Below are positions 19,745 through 32,310 of a stretch of 64,000 nt of DNA, piece after piece. This DNA comes from Eledone cirrhosa (Eukaryota): positions 6,014,001 through 6,078,000 of the forward strand of contig OZ024753.1 in NCBI GenBank assembly GCA_964016885.1. The letters are read 5' to 3'. Every line of letters starts with the position of its first letter. The stretch's first letter is position 1. Made by a program: the position numbers and the translations under genes. The notes beneath the pieces were generated by a model. That model did not search any database. It saw nothing but the letters and a program-made list of their open reading frames with translations, and was not told where the DNA came from.

Positions 19745-20030
19745 GTAGTCTGATGCTTGTCCCGAGCGTGTGGGCTCGTCCGGCCGATGCTACTCCGGTT
19801 TTTATGGTGGGAATCGACTGAGAGTAAGCGATTCCCAACTCTCCTTGGACAGGACGCCATTCCATAGCTGGGTTGAACGTGTAGGTATGTATGATATTAA
19901 TGTTCACCTGTGTGTACTGAAGCAATATAAAATGAAATGTTTTGTCCAAGAACACAACACAGAAACATTCCAGGAATCGAATCCACGACATTATGATAGT
20001 AAGTCGAACACCTTTACCACTGGCTTACGA
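19745..20030 (-). mobile_element. Second, older tRNA-derived SINE family (CORE-like centre)
   Basis: Minus strand reads gtggtaaaggtg (A box-like), ggattcgattcc (B box-like), gtgttcttggacaaaacatttca (CORE-like). Confidence 0.55.
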
Positions 20031-20335
20031 GTCTCCACTGTTATGTTGTACCTATCTGCGACTTAACGAAACCACTACTGAGTTGGATTAAATATCTTAC
20101 GATATTTATTAGAAGTTCACACCGCCAAGGATAACGTTTACTATCTAATCCGGTTCTTTCTACATTCAAATTCGATAGAAATATGTCTCACATAATTAAA
20201 AATCTCAAAAGAATTTCTAAAAGAGGCAAACCCAAGAGTGAGCTATACCATCAACTATCTACAGGATACGTGTATATAAAGTTTGAAACGTATATAATAT
20301 TTCCTGGCTATTGGCTTATTGCATACAATCACTAG

Positions 20336-20450
20336 CGGGCGGTGAATTGGCAGTATCGGCAGTAGCGGCAGCATAGTTATGACCCTTTACGATCTGAGTT
20401 CAAATCCCTGGGTAATTTCTGGCCTTGTGCCAAAAGTAGAAACACTTATT
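20336..20450 (+). mobile_element. Internally deleted SINE
   Basis: Head (tggcagtatcgg, gagttcaaatccc) joined directly to the tail; central domain absent. Confidence 0.8.
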
Positions 20451-20549
20451 ATGACAGAAAATGCAATAACCCACTATTTATTTCCACTACAATCTCGTAG
20501 CCAATAAACTGTGTTAAACTGCAGTACTACTAAATGTTGCATTATGATA

Positions 20550-20715
20550 TTGGTCTCAGATTTAGGTACAAGGCGAAAAATGATTTAAGCGAGGGGGGGG
20601 GGGGGGGAGTCGATTAAAACGACCCCAGTGCGTTACTGGAACTTTATTTTATCGACCCCGTAAAGATGAACGGATGAAAGGCAAAATTAACCTCGGCGGG
20701 ATTGGAAATCAAGAA
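20550..20715 (-). mobile_element. SINE, 5'-truncated
   Basis: Family motifs. Confidence 0.82.
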
Positions 20716-21209
20716 TGCATCAATTTCAAATATTTTTTATTAATAACTGCGCTGTTTCTTTCCAGGGAATATTTAGAAGAATAAACCTCATTTAGTCATT
20801 CGTTGAGAGTATATCTGCACTTTTCAGACTGTGAACGTTTTAATCGACCCTTGTATGTGTTGCTAGCACTCGTGTAGGCTCCATAGATTTCTATAAATAC
20901 GCAGTATTCTAACGGTAAATTTCATTTTATTTCCGTGTAATTATGAAATTGATGATATAAATTAACTATTAGTGTTGTAATATATACTGTCAAGTGACCA
21001 ATCATTTTATGTATATTACTAATTAACTGACTGAATTCATGGTAATTAGGGGAATTAGTTACTATTTAATTAAGACGAAATGTAAAAAGAGAAATATAGT
21101 TGGGTTTTCTGATGAGTGTAGTCCCTCTGCGTGACAGGATGTGAAATATCATCTAGTATGGAGATTTGGTTTGAGGAATGCCAGTGAAACCCCTTGAAGG
21201 GAAGACTGA

Positions 21210-21537
21210 AGGCAGGGTCGATGCGAAAGTGTGGAGGGAACACAGATCGACCAAAGCAGGTACGGTCACGGCGGTAAATACAAAATGATATGAAACGAAA
21301 GGAGCTTTGTGGTTACTAAAAACAAGGTTTAGGATGGTGGTTAGGATGGAACAAGAGGTGAAATGAAGAAAGGAGTTTCCATCGTCAGTTGTAAATGTTT
21401 CCTGATCCGGCTCTGAATTACAGGACATCGGTGTAGTTCGCGAGCGCCCGAGGCCTTTTATTAATCAAAAGGCCAGGAGGAAAAGGAGAGAAAAGGAAAG
21501 GAGGAAGAACAGGTGGGGGGGAGAGAAAGGGGGAATA
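21210..21537 (-). mobile_element. Inverted partial copy of the 22330-23193 repeat unit
   Basis: Reverse complement matches ~22900-23193 and runs on into 22381-22450. Confidence 0.85.
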
Positions 21538-21696
21538 TATATAAATATATAAACCCATATATATATATATATATATATATATTAACAATAATAGTAATAA
21601 TAATAATAACGACAACAACAATAATAATATACATATACATATATATACACACACACACGCAGACACAAACATATCTATACACACACACGATAGCAA

Positions 21697-22272
21697 CTAA
21701 CAGCGCTGCGATCGAATGTGGCTTTTTAGCCCAGCCAATGATCTAAAACGTCTTGCACAGAGTCGCCAACCAAAACATTCACTGGGAATAGCCGTCTGTG
21801 GTTGGAGTTCATGTACTTTTGCATGTCGCTTGAGCCCTCCTGCTGATTTACATTCTCTACCACATGTTTGGCAAGCATGATGAGTAGCATCTCCAACAGC
21901 AGCCTGGTAGTCAACCACTGGTCTTACTTTATGACTGTATAGATGACTTTCGAGTCCAGCTTTACTTAGGCAGAGTCTCGCACAGACGCTGCATGTCAGC
22001 ACCATAGAAGGACCCTGTCCGTCTGGCAGTGCAACAGTAATGCCCTTCTTCACATCCCGCTTTACTTTCTCCATGTATTACGATCAGCAGCAATATTTTC
22101 CCATATATCAGCAGAGATGTGGCGGTCGTTTTCCTTTAACTAACTCTCCATGAAAGAGTTGTTTTGGTATTCTAGAATCCTTCATGCTGGCAAGGTGACC
22201 ACTCCAACGGAGTCGTTGCTTAAGCACAAGAGCTTCTATACTGTCACACATAGAGCTTTCCAAAATCTCGAT
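21697..22272 (-). mobile_element. RTE (BovB-like) LINE ORF 3' end with three tandem C2H2 zinc fingers
   Basis: Minus strand EILES...SIEALVLKQRLRWSGHLASMKDSRIPKQLFHGELVKGKR and IWENIAADRNTWR; then 21697-22074 with CSVC..HLYSH, CQTC..HAKVH and a degenerate WRLC..HIRSQ. Confidence 0.9.
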
Positions 22273-22329
22273 ACATATACATACATATATATATACAAGG
22301 TTTAGAGCATATATATATATATATATGCT

Positions 22330-23187
22330 CTAAACCTTGTTTTTAGTAACCACACAGCTCTTTTCGTTTCATATCATTTTGTATTTACCGCTGTGACCCT
22401 ACCTGCTTTGGTCGATCTGTGTTCCCCCCACACTTTCGCATCGACCTTCCCTTCTCTCTTCCCTTCTCCTCCTCACTATCTTTTTTATTCTCTCTCCCTC
22501 CCTCCCCCTCTCTCTCTCTATCTATCCGTTCGGTTTTGATTGTTGACATGTTTACACGTACCGTTTTGGCTTTTCTGTTCGCAATCTTTGCGGCACGTTT
22601 TTACCACCGTCGTAAAAAAAAAACCTTCTGGATTATCTCCCTTTCCCTTCTCCTCACTTTTGGTTGCTCGCGTCTCTCTCTCACTTCCTCCTGTCTATGT
22701 GAGAGGCAGCACCATTATACCCGCTCTGAGTCGTAGCAGACCACCAGACTAAAGTCTCCCAGGTTGGCCACAACTTACTTTCCCCATTTTTCCACGGTTA
22801 CTCTTTTGCATGTTTCTTTCACCTATGTCTCCCCACGATGGGACCTGTACACTTTGTTTCTCCTATTCTTTTTCTATTTTTTCCCCTTTCCTCCTTTCTT
22901 TCTCTATCCCCCCCCTCCCCCTGTTCTTCGTCCTTTCCCTCTCGTTCCTTTTCTCTCTCCTTTTTCTCCCCTTTTTCCTCTCCTTTTCCTCCTGGCCTTT
23001 TGATTAATAAAAGGCCTGGGGCGCACAGGACTACCCAGATGTCCTGTAATTCAGCGCCGAAACATCGTATCGGGAAACGTTTACAATTGACGATGGAAAC
23101 TCCTTTCTTCCTTTCTTCTCTTGTTCCGTCCTAACCACCACCCTAAACCTTCGTTTCAGTAACCACACAGCTCCTTTCGTTTCATAT

Positions 23188-23193
<6 letters not shown>
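22330..23193 (+). mobile_element. ~813 bp non-coding unit with ~50 bp direct terminal repeats, in (TA)n; PLE- or retrozyme-like
   Basis: 22330-22380 closely matches 23143-23193; short inverted copy of the start at 22295-22310. Confidence 0.6.
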
Positions 23194-23230
<37 letters not shown>

Positions 23231-24118
23231 ATATATATATAATATTTATCGAGGCCTCTTCGGTATTTAGTCTTCACTTTTATTATTATTATTATATGTA
23301 TATTAATACCTATATAATTCAATATATTCACACGATACACACAAACACAAAACCCCCCACCCCCATATATATATATACAGAAAGAGAGGGGGGGGGGGAG
23401 AACGTTGAATAGAATGTCTTGTGTCTTTGTTTAAGCTCTCAATCCTCAAATATCATATGTTCCGAAGTTGGTTTATATGGTACTGTGTTTGAGACCTTTC
23501 TCACAATATATTCTTCGTCAACTCTCTCTCTCTCTACCCTTTTACCTTCATCACGCTTCATTTTACCTATATCCCAAATATTCGATTTCCCTCATAATTT
23601 GTGACGTACATATCGCAAATGAATATTACCAGTGGAGGCGTATTGTGATTGAAAGTGTCTTTGATACATATGACTCCAGACTGTACAGTAATTAATTCTC
23701 TTGCGTTGAGATTGCTGGAGAATCATATCACGTTGCACATTTAGTTAAAACTAGTAATATTATGAAATACGTTGTGTATTACACCGCCATTCTGTCGCTG
23801 TGCTCACTCAGCAAGAATTAACAAATGTTTTTGCGAGTTTCGGTTTCTTTTAAATTCTCGTCAACTTTTATTAAACACATCGACATGATACCGACACAAA
23901 AATGCCTCCAGAAATATATAAATGTATCTAAAATTGCACAGCATGAAATCATTTACATATATGAGCTAGACGAATAATTAATACACTACTACAACAGTAA
24001 CATCCTCATACTCCCATAAAAAACACATTCCAAAATATTAAAATATTAATATTCTACAGTATAGTAAATATTTTAACATACGCAATTGCACCTGCACAAT
24101 ACATACATACATATACAG

Positions 24119-24158
<40 letters not shown>

Positions 24159-24211
24159 CGCACGCGCGCGCAAAGACACACGCGCGCATACACATATATA
24201 TATATATATAT

Positions 24212-24255
<44 letters not shown>

Positions 24256-24339
24256 TACTGTAGGTTCACACAGGTGAGCTCTCGATGTTTAGATTCACGT
24301 CAGTATCGAGGTGTAGAGCTAGACCGAGTGTAATATAAT

Positions 24340-24733
24340 TGTTTCTACTTTAGGCACAAGGCCAGCAATAACCCAGTGCATTACTGGTACTTTATTTTAT
24401 TGACCCCGTAAGGATGAAAGGCAAAGTTAACCTCGGCGGGATTTGAACTCAGAATGGCAAGGGCCGTAACTCTATGCGTCAAAGCATGGCGTCCGACCCT
24501 CTAATAATGGTTTCTTATATAGACACAAGGCCAGTAATATTTTTTTTTGGGGGGGGGGGAGGAAAGTCGATTAAATCGACCCCAGTGCGTGACTGGTACT
24601 TTATTTTATCGACCCCGTAAGGATGAAAGGCAAAGTTAACCTCGGCGGGATTTGAGCTCAGATCATAAAGGGCCGTAACTATGCTTCAAAGCATGCTGTC
24701 CGACCCTCTACCGATACTGCCAATCCACCGCCC
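24340..24733 (-). mobile_element. SINE dimer bounded by one 14 bp TSD
   Basis: gagtgtaatataat at 24326-24339 and 24737-24750. Confidence 0.9.
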
Positions 24734-24818
24734 TCTGAGTGTAATATAATAATACAAGGATGAACGGTTACTCCTTCATTACGTAATGAAGGAACCACCA
24801 TTCGTCCTCGTATTATTA

Positions 24819-24871
<53 letters not shown>

Positions 24872-24911
24872 CAAAATATTAATAAATGGATACATTCACA
24901 TAATCAAAATG

Positions 24912-24972
24912 TTTTATTATATATATTTCGGAGGTACTGTGCTGTTTTTCAGTACGTCCTCATCAGATAAAA
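24912..24972 (-). ncRNA. Type I minimal hammerhead ribozyme, canonical core (family F)
   Basis: ttttat-CTGATGA-ggacgtactg(aaaaacagca)cagtacctcc-GAAA-tatata-TA-ataaaa; helix I 6 bp, helix II 9 of 10 bp, palindromic helix III, AUA triplet. Confidence 0.8.
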
Positions 24973-25115
24973 TACATAAATTGATGTATGACATACCTCA
25001 ACTGTGCTGATGGTTCAATCCCAGTCTTGGCAGTGATTTATTACAACAAATTTCAATATTTATATACCACAGCTAAAAGTGTGCCAAACTAAATCTGACG
25101 GAGAGGGATAAGTAG

Positions 25116-25155
<40 letters not shown>

Positions 25156-25435
25156 TCAATGAACCTTGTTTAACATTTGGTTAGATAGATAGATAGATAA
25201 ACATACACGGGTGTGTATGATTGTGTATAGAAGATTATATTAATAAGAGGAATTCCAACTATGTCTGATTTACTCGTTTTATTTACAATCCTTTAAAATT
25301 AATAATGGTATTAGAATGAATTAGTATGGTAGAATATTAAATGTTAAATGTTAATTGAACAAGTACTTTCATGCTTTCGCAATCTTCAGGTTCATAATGT
25401 GTGGTGACAGTCAAGTTTGCAATTTTCAACTGTGT

Positions 25436-25467
<32 letters not shown>

Positions 25468-26545
25468 ATTGGTAGGAGCCATGAGTAAAGGTTGGCGTTC
25501 GAAGGAGAAGGAAGGAGACGAAACAGGACAAGAATATCAACAACAAATTTGACAATAACGGGGGGAAAAGAAGAAGAAGAAATATCGTTAACATAACCTG
25601 TCATACTCCGACACTAAAGACACAATGATCTAAATGGAATACTTACTCCTAACAAACAATTCTCATCTATAGCAAAGGTCCTAACATCACTATATGTTTG
25701 GGTTGCTGTAATGTCATTCAATATTTCGAAAAAAGTTTTTCCAATCATTTTGTTAGTGGCGTGTCTGAGTGAAGTTTTGATTTTTGCACTGACACATTAT
25801 TCAGACAAATCTTCTTTCGCAATGAAACATTATTCAGACAAATCTTCTATTTCTAGCAGAGAATTGTTTCTTTGGGGGTTTAATATGTATTCACAGTTCA
25901 ATGGAGCGGAAGTTAAAATCAAAACAATGTCTACACTTAAATTTATGTTTAAAAAAATGAGTTTTGTATCACAAATCATTACAAGTGTGACAGAATGCGA
26001 ACTATAGAGACTACAACAGCAAACATTTCAACATTTTATCCTAGAAATTATCTCAGTATGACTGTTATAATATTTTTAATGTTTTATTTTCCTGTAATTG
26101 TAATTTGTATTTTTCTTTTACGACTATGTGTGGTGAACTTGTAGTGACTGTATGGCTAAATGTCTTGGTTGTTTACCATAATGATGAATTAATTTTTCGT
26201 CCAATGTTATAAAACAGTAACTTTATCAAACCATTGAATATTAATGAGACATAGAAGTAGAAAGCTATAAAAAAAAAAAAACTATCCGAATAGATTCATC
26301 TCGCACTGGTTTTTATGGAGGAATTTTGGTTCACAGTTTCTACATTTTATTTGGGTTATTGCTTGTGTTTCTTAGTTTGTTTGAATTGTAATTAGAAGTT
26401 ATTTTAAGATGTATTTATTCATTTTATCTTTATATGCTTAAGTCATTCTTGAACTCCTGGTGTTCTAAGGCAACCTAAATAGTAAAAAAATAATACCAAG
26501 TGTACTACTGTAAAAAATATCAAGTTTATCTTAATGGTGGGTGTC

Positions 26546-26598
<53 letters not shown>

Positions 26599-28081
26599 TT
26601 TATGCATATGTGTGTGTGTTTGTGTGTTTGTGTGTGTGTGTCTATGCTAGGTGTATACATGTGAATGTGAGATATGGTTGTTATATGGACATGTATGCGT
26701 GTGGTTATAAATATCTGTCTGCTGTTTTTGTTTAGTACACAGCGCTCTGAATATTTTATGGTGAATTTTTATTTCGTCTGGGAGACGTGTTTATATCGGT
26801 CTAGTACCAGGTTCACAATGTTAGAGTTGAATGTCTATCATTTGGCGTCAACAAACTTCCATACACAACACATTTAATATGACTATAAGCCGCTAAATAT
26901 AGGAGTAAAAAAAAAAGGGCGGCGTAACACATCTGTTCAATCATATATTTTTATGCAATATTTCGAGTTTAAATATTCGTTTAAGGTATCTGTCCTCATG
27001 AGAAAAATAATTTGAGCGTAAGGTAATATTTTTCTTTTTCAAATGGAATAGCGACGTACTTTCTAAAGTCATTAAATTCTTTCAAGTATGTCGGAAACTT
27101 TGATGGTTCATACGACATCATCAGTGTATTTTGTTTTATATGAAGATAGCAGTTCCAGTAAAACTCTTAAGCTGAACTGAAGATAATTACCCAACATAAA
27201 TTAGATATATTTATTCTGTGTAGAATTACTAATATGTAACTAAATAACTGTAAAACTGATTGCCTTCGTACTTCGAACATTCTGGCAAGATGTGATATTG
27301 TAAAAATAAAATTGTAACATAAACTGGTTATCATACGAATTCCGTGTTTGTATTTTAGCCCATGTTTTGGCGGCGGCGGTGACACTGTTGACGTCTCACA
27401 CCTACCATGACTAGTACATTATTTTCTCAAACTCAAGAATACACGTTCGAAAGTAGAGGCTACATGAAGGAGTTCGAGCTAGATCCTGTCAACAAAATCC
27501 CCATATGGTTTAAATACACAAGTCTCGATATTCGAATGGTTAAATGACAACAGAAGAGTACCCATGAGTCATGACCTAGATACGCTCCATCCCCTTTAGA
27601 TTGTAAGAAGTTAAGGGTCGAAGACCATTGCTTGAAGGACGTTACTTATCTGAAGACCTTATGCTGTCCATTTTACCGGAGGGTTTCTTACCACTGTGTG
27701 GAATATCAATATCCGACCAAGATTTGAAGACTCTCATAAATACCCCCAGAATAATATATTACATGTTTAATATAATTTGGAATGGTAATTGTGGTAGAAA
27801 AATGAAAAAGAGGATGAAATAACTAACAATGAGTTTACTAAAAAAATAAAATATACCCCTAAAATAATTTAAGGACATTCTGTCGTTAACCATAACATTG
27901 TCATTAAGTAGTTATTAGCGGCATATTATGACATTATATCATTTTAAAATCTTGTTATTTAAACATATGTTTACATTATATGATAATTAAACCAACATGA
28001 AGCATCGAATATTGTGGACATAAATATATTGGCTCTGAAAATAGAGTGATATATTTTGAATCTGGAACTTTTGTATAATAG

Positions 28082-28143
28082 ATGAATTCCGATCTGACCA
28101 GAGAATAAACAACGCCTACGTAGATAGTTCTCCGGACGAGCAA
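28082..28143 (+). other. Candidate small coding exon
   Basis: ttttgtataatag| ... |gtgaga; open frame EFRSDQRINNAYVDSSPDEQ. Confidence 0.25.
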
Positions 28144-29171
28144 GTGAGAAAGCTTTTATATAATGGCTAAACAGTTTGAAATTATAAATTAATACTAATG
28201 GCTACATTGCAGCAACTTAACCCTTTAAGCATAGATCTGCTTAACTTGTGTTTTGACGATTTTGCTTAAATTATTAGAAATTGATGAGAAAATAAGAAAC
28301 GAGATTCTAATATATAATTTGTATGAGGTACCACGTATTCCTCTCCCTTAAATGTCGGCTACACACATGCTATTCTATTACAATCATACGATATAATACA
28401 TAACCTGGAGTATAGATTCTATGAAATCTGTTCCTACCGTAAATCCGACGTTTACTTTAGTGTACATTACACAGCTTAGCTTATTGGATAACTGTTATAA
28501 TATCATATAATCCATTTTGAAAGTTATGAACACGTGTAAAGGGATGTATTTAAAAGTATTCTCTTTATTAGAATTCACAAATTTGGAATATTAACAATCG
28601 ATTGATGACTATACAGGAATATACATCCTACTCAATAAATGGAAACAATTCTTTCTCCGCAACGCTTTAATCACACAGAAAAATAAATTTGGGATAAACA
28701 CATACAGTTAGGCAGTTTATTCTGAAGTATACATTCAATTGCTTTATCACCAAAGAAGGGTTTGACTTTAACTAGTTATAGAATGGAATATAACCAAACA
28801 AATACTGAAAAAGTATTATTTTCTAGCTTAAAATAACATATTCACTATATCCATTCCATATTGCTATCTTGATATATAGTACCTAAACCATGTGTGCTAT
28901 ATATCAGAAATGATCGTCAATTGCCCTACTGCATGCCTTCCGGTGCTAAGGGTCATTTTGAGCTAAAGCCCCAACAATAATTTGTTTCAATATACTTGTG
29001 CTTTGCTTTTTCCTACACCGAGTCTCTATTGACACTAAATATGTTAGTATGAGTCTTTAATTTATTTCTTAGTCATATATTGGTGATACATATGCGTGAG
29101 CTAATAATAATGATACACACATACAATATATATACTGTACAAGTGTATCATTATTACAGCCCCCCCCTCAT

Positions 29172-29295
29172 AACTTTGCAGCATAGAGTTATGTCCCTTT
29201 GCATTCTGAGTTCAAATCCCGCAGATGTTAGTTCAGCCTTTCATCCTTACGGGTTCGATAAATAAATCGTCAGTAATGTACTGGGGTCTATTTAA
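29172..29295 (+). mobile_element. SINE fragment
   Basis: gagttcaaatccc and gcctttcatccttacggg. Confidence 0.8.
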
Positions 29296-29316
29296 TTTAC
29301 AAATGGGGTCTATTTA

Positions 29317-29695
29317 TTTTATAAATTGTGACAATAATTTTACTAATGCTATATTATTTGTTATTAATCCTGGTTTTGTGTTTAAATTAGGACTGATTAT
29401 TGTTGATGATGGAGTGTGGGGAATTGTCAGAGTTGTTAGTGCTAGTCATTTTTCCGGCGCGCTATCTCTTCCGACATTTTAAGTCGTGATTATCACGCTG
29501 GAGTCAACTTTACTAACCATTCGTTCAAAACCGATAAAATATAGATCCACCGAAGATATGGTGTCGGGAGAACTGACTAATTAGAAAAGGTTATTATTGA
29601 TGCGATTTCACCTTGGGATATTAGAAGCCATGAGATTACATTTTACAAATTGTGACAATAATTTTACTAATCCTATATTATTTATTATTAATCCT
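29317..29695 (+). repeat. 55 bp direct repeat flanking a very degenerate SINE-like segment
   Basis: 29317-29371 vs 29641-29695, 3 mismatches. Confidence 0.85.
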
Positions 29696-29912
29696 ATATT
29701 TATAATTTTAACACGATGAAATATAGAATCTTACTTGAAGAATTAATCATTTGAATGTAGGACATATGCTGATTGTCATTACTTTTGACATCATGCATTA
29801 GGCTTCGTCAGACTATAGATGAAAGATAGAATGCTACTTAATTGACAATCATATCTAAAGATCACTATGCAATGTCACGTCAATTTTAAGATTACTTCAT
29901 ATGGAATTTCAG

Positions 29913-30165
29913 ACATTTGATTCCATTCCAGTAGAGATTTGTCACTGAGAATGACTCTGGTGGAAATGGATCACTGGATAATGCTGTCGAGATCGAGAGT
30001 GAGTGTTTGGTACATGTTGTGTTAATCAAATAAAATTGAACATTGGCCCATATTTTTAGAATTTATTTTACGAAACCCACAATAACAGAGTTGGTACATT
30101 TTCCAGATGATGCTGACAATGGAGAAGGGAATGAAAGGTCCTATGAAGAAGGAAAAGAATGATAC
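29913..30165 (+). other. Candidate exon pair with a 108 nt intron (29999-30106)
   Basis: tttcag| or ccagtag| acceptor, |gtgagt donor, ttttccag| acceptor. Confidence 0.25.
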
Positions 30166-31586
30166 TTCTACAGATCAATGGATATTTTGGAAACCTTGTG
30201 GAAAAAATCCAATGAAAGGAAAATATCTAAAACCAAAATATATCAGAATATATTTAGTATATATGTAGTATATATGTGAGAATTGCTTTCAAGAAATTTG
30301 CGCTGCAACATTTTGAAGTTTGTCTGAATAAAAAAGGAGAATTTGAGTTGGTTATATTGTCAGCTCAGCAAGGTAATGAAGATTGCATGCGTTTGGCTTT
30401 TCGGGGATGTAGATCTAAAATTGCAAAGAAAACTATATCTATAGATTTATTTTTGTTACATTCCTGGTTGATAATTCCTAGCCAAAACACACGCTAAATA
30501 CAGTAAAACGACACAGATTTCCAACACCTTTGTTAACGCAGGCTATTAATAGGATATTGTAAATTAGAAAAAGAAACAGTTTTAACGAAAATACATATTT
30601 AAAATAAAGATATATCAAAAGAAAGAAACTCGAAGATACCAAGTTTACTGTTGTTTATATTAAAGTATCCATGCGTAAATACATATGCAACATTGTTATC
30701 GCTAAAAGAAGAGTTTAGATCTGTTTACAATATTACGTCTATTTTCTTTTTCCATCTTTAATTATCCCAATTAGATACAATATTTATCAAAGTATAAACT
30801 GAAAGAATTATTAGATGAGACGACATAGAAATCAATATCATATAATGTCGTTCTAAGTATCTTTCTTCAAAAAATAAGAAAACAAAAAACAAAACGTTTG
30901 TATATTGCGTTAATAATTATTGTTGACAGGACCTGTCACGTTTGAATTTAGTGTCTTTTAATTGAAGTGCATTTGTCTGGCTCGTAAAACAATTAACGTC
31001 ATCGTTATCACCATTAATATTTCATCATCATAATTACTCCGTATCCTCCCCACCTATTTATCGTTTTCCTCGTCGTGGATTTCATCAAAATCATAATCGT
31101 GTTTTGAGGACACATTTTTTTTATTACCTAACAACCATAATATTATTCTTATCCAGCTAACTATCGTCATCATCGTCAACTGTCCTCTCACCCTCGGCAT
31201 CATTATGATAAAAAACATCTTTAAAATCACGGTCAACTGCATCGATTTTATGTCAAGCTACTCACGGAAGATTAACCGCTTCGAATGACACCACCAGCTC
31301 ATAGTTGTGACACTGTATAACAGTTCAACGCAGGTAAGGATATTTCACATATATTTGAATACCTTATCGTGGATTGATACGAGTTTTATAAAACACAGAG
31401 TGGCAATAATCTGAGGATCACGGAGATCTGGAATCTGGTCTGGAAAAATAACCCGGATCATGCGCCGATTGTTTGTGAAACAATTGTAACCATGACTTTG
31501 TTCTTATTACATACACTCTGCTCTTATTGACTGCCAACTCTGGTACACTCATCAGTTTTCTACGGATTTACTGTTATTTCTGCTAC

Positions 31587-31619
<33 letters not shown>

Positions 31620-31622
<3 letters not shown>

Positions 31623-31823
31623 GGAACGAGTAGGACCCCGACGGCTGAGCTCAAACCGTTTCGACGGCTAATTCTGGACAGAATTAGTCCAGAATTAGCC
31701 GTCGAAACGGCTTGAGCTCAGCCGTCGGGGTCCTACTCGTTCCTATTACCCACTCTACTACCCTAAGTATTGAGTACTTTGGTGCGTTATGGTCCACCTG
31801 GTTCCTTACCACATTTCCTTCGT
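31620..31823 (+). mobile_element. Fold-back mini-element (family A): 60 bp arms, 7 nt loop, 77 nt tail, in (TA)n
   Basis: Inverted repeat 31620-31746 with 1 mismatch; long arm and tail identical to the 53209-53403 copy. Confidence 0.9.
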
Positions 31824-32310
31824 TATATATATATATATACATACAGAGAGAGGGAGAGAGAGAGCGGGAGGTAGAGAGAGCTTGGAGTGCTGAGTGGTCG
31901 GACACACTAATCATAGGAGTGCTCCATACATGTGGAGAGGCAGAGTTGGTAGAGAGATAAGTAAAATCTCTTTCTATCCCTCCCCCTCTTTATATATATA
32001 TATATATATATCAAATAAATATATATATATATAATACTGAGGTGTTGGTATACAACCAACATAAACTCAAAATCTATATATATAATAGATACATTTGCCC
32101 TAAACTTCTATTTTTATAATTACGCACACTTTCTAACCATACATTTACACGTACACATATACATATATGCACATCTATGAGCGTATATACATACACACAC
32201 CTAACTATTTTTCTTGATAGATTTTTATATATTTCAATTTCTATTTCATTTATCTATATATTTTTTTGATTTTCTTGATGTGCTTTTCTAAGTATTTGCC
32301 CATGTTTTAT

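Noticed and set aside
21100-21170. CTGATGAG ... GAAA motif
   Set aside because: Helix I is mostly G-U and helix II is unclear; at best a decayed motif.
27340-28330. ttaaccct-type ends suggestive of piggyBac-derived MITEs (also ~6645 and ~47380)
   Set aside because: Paired TIRs with TTAA duplication could not be matched for any copy.
31620-31746. Family A hairpin as a MITE, pre-miRNA or CRISPR repeat
   Set aside because: The inverted repeat is not terminal (77 nt one-sided tail), loops differ between copies, one copy lacks the inverted arm, and there is no repeat-spacer array.
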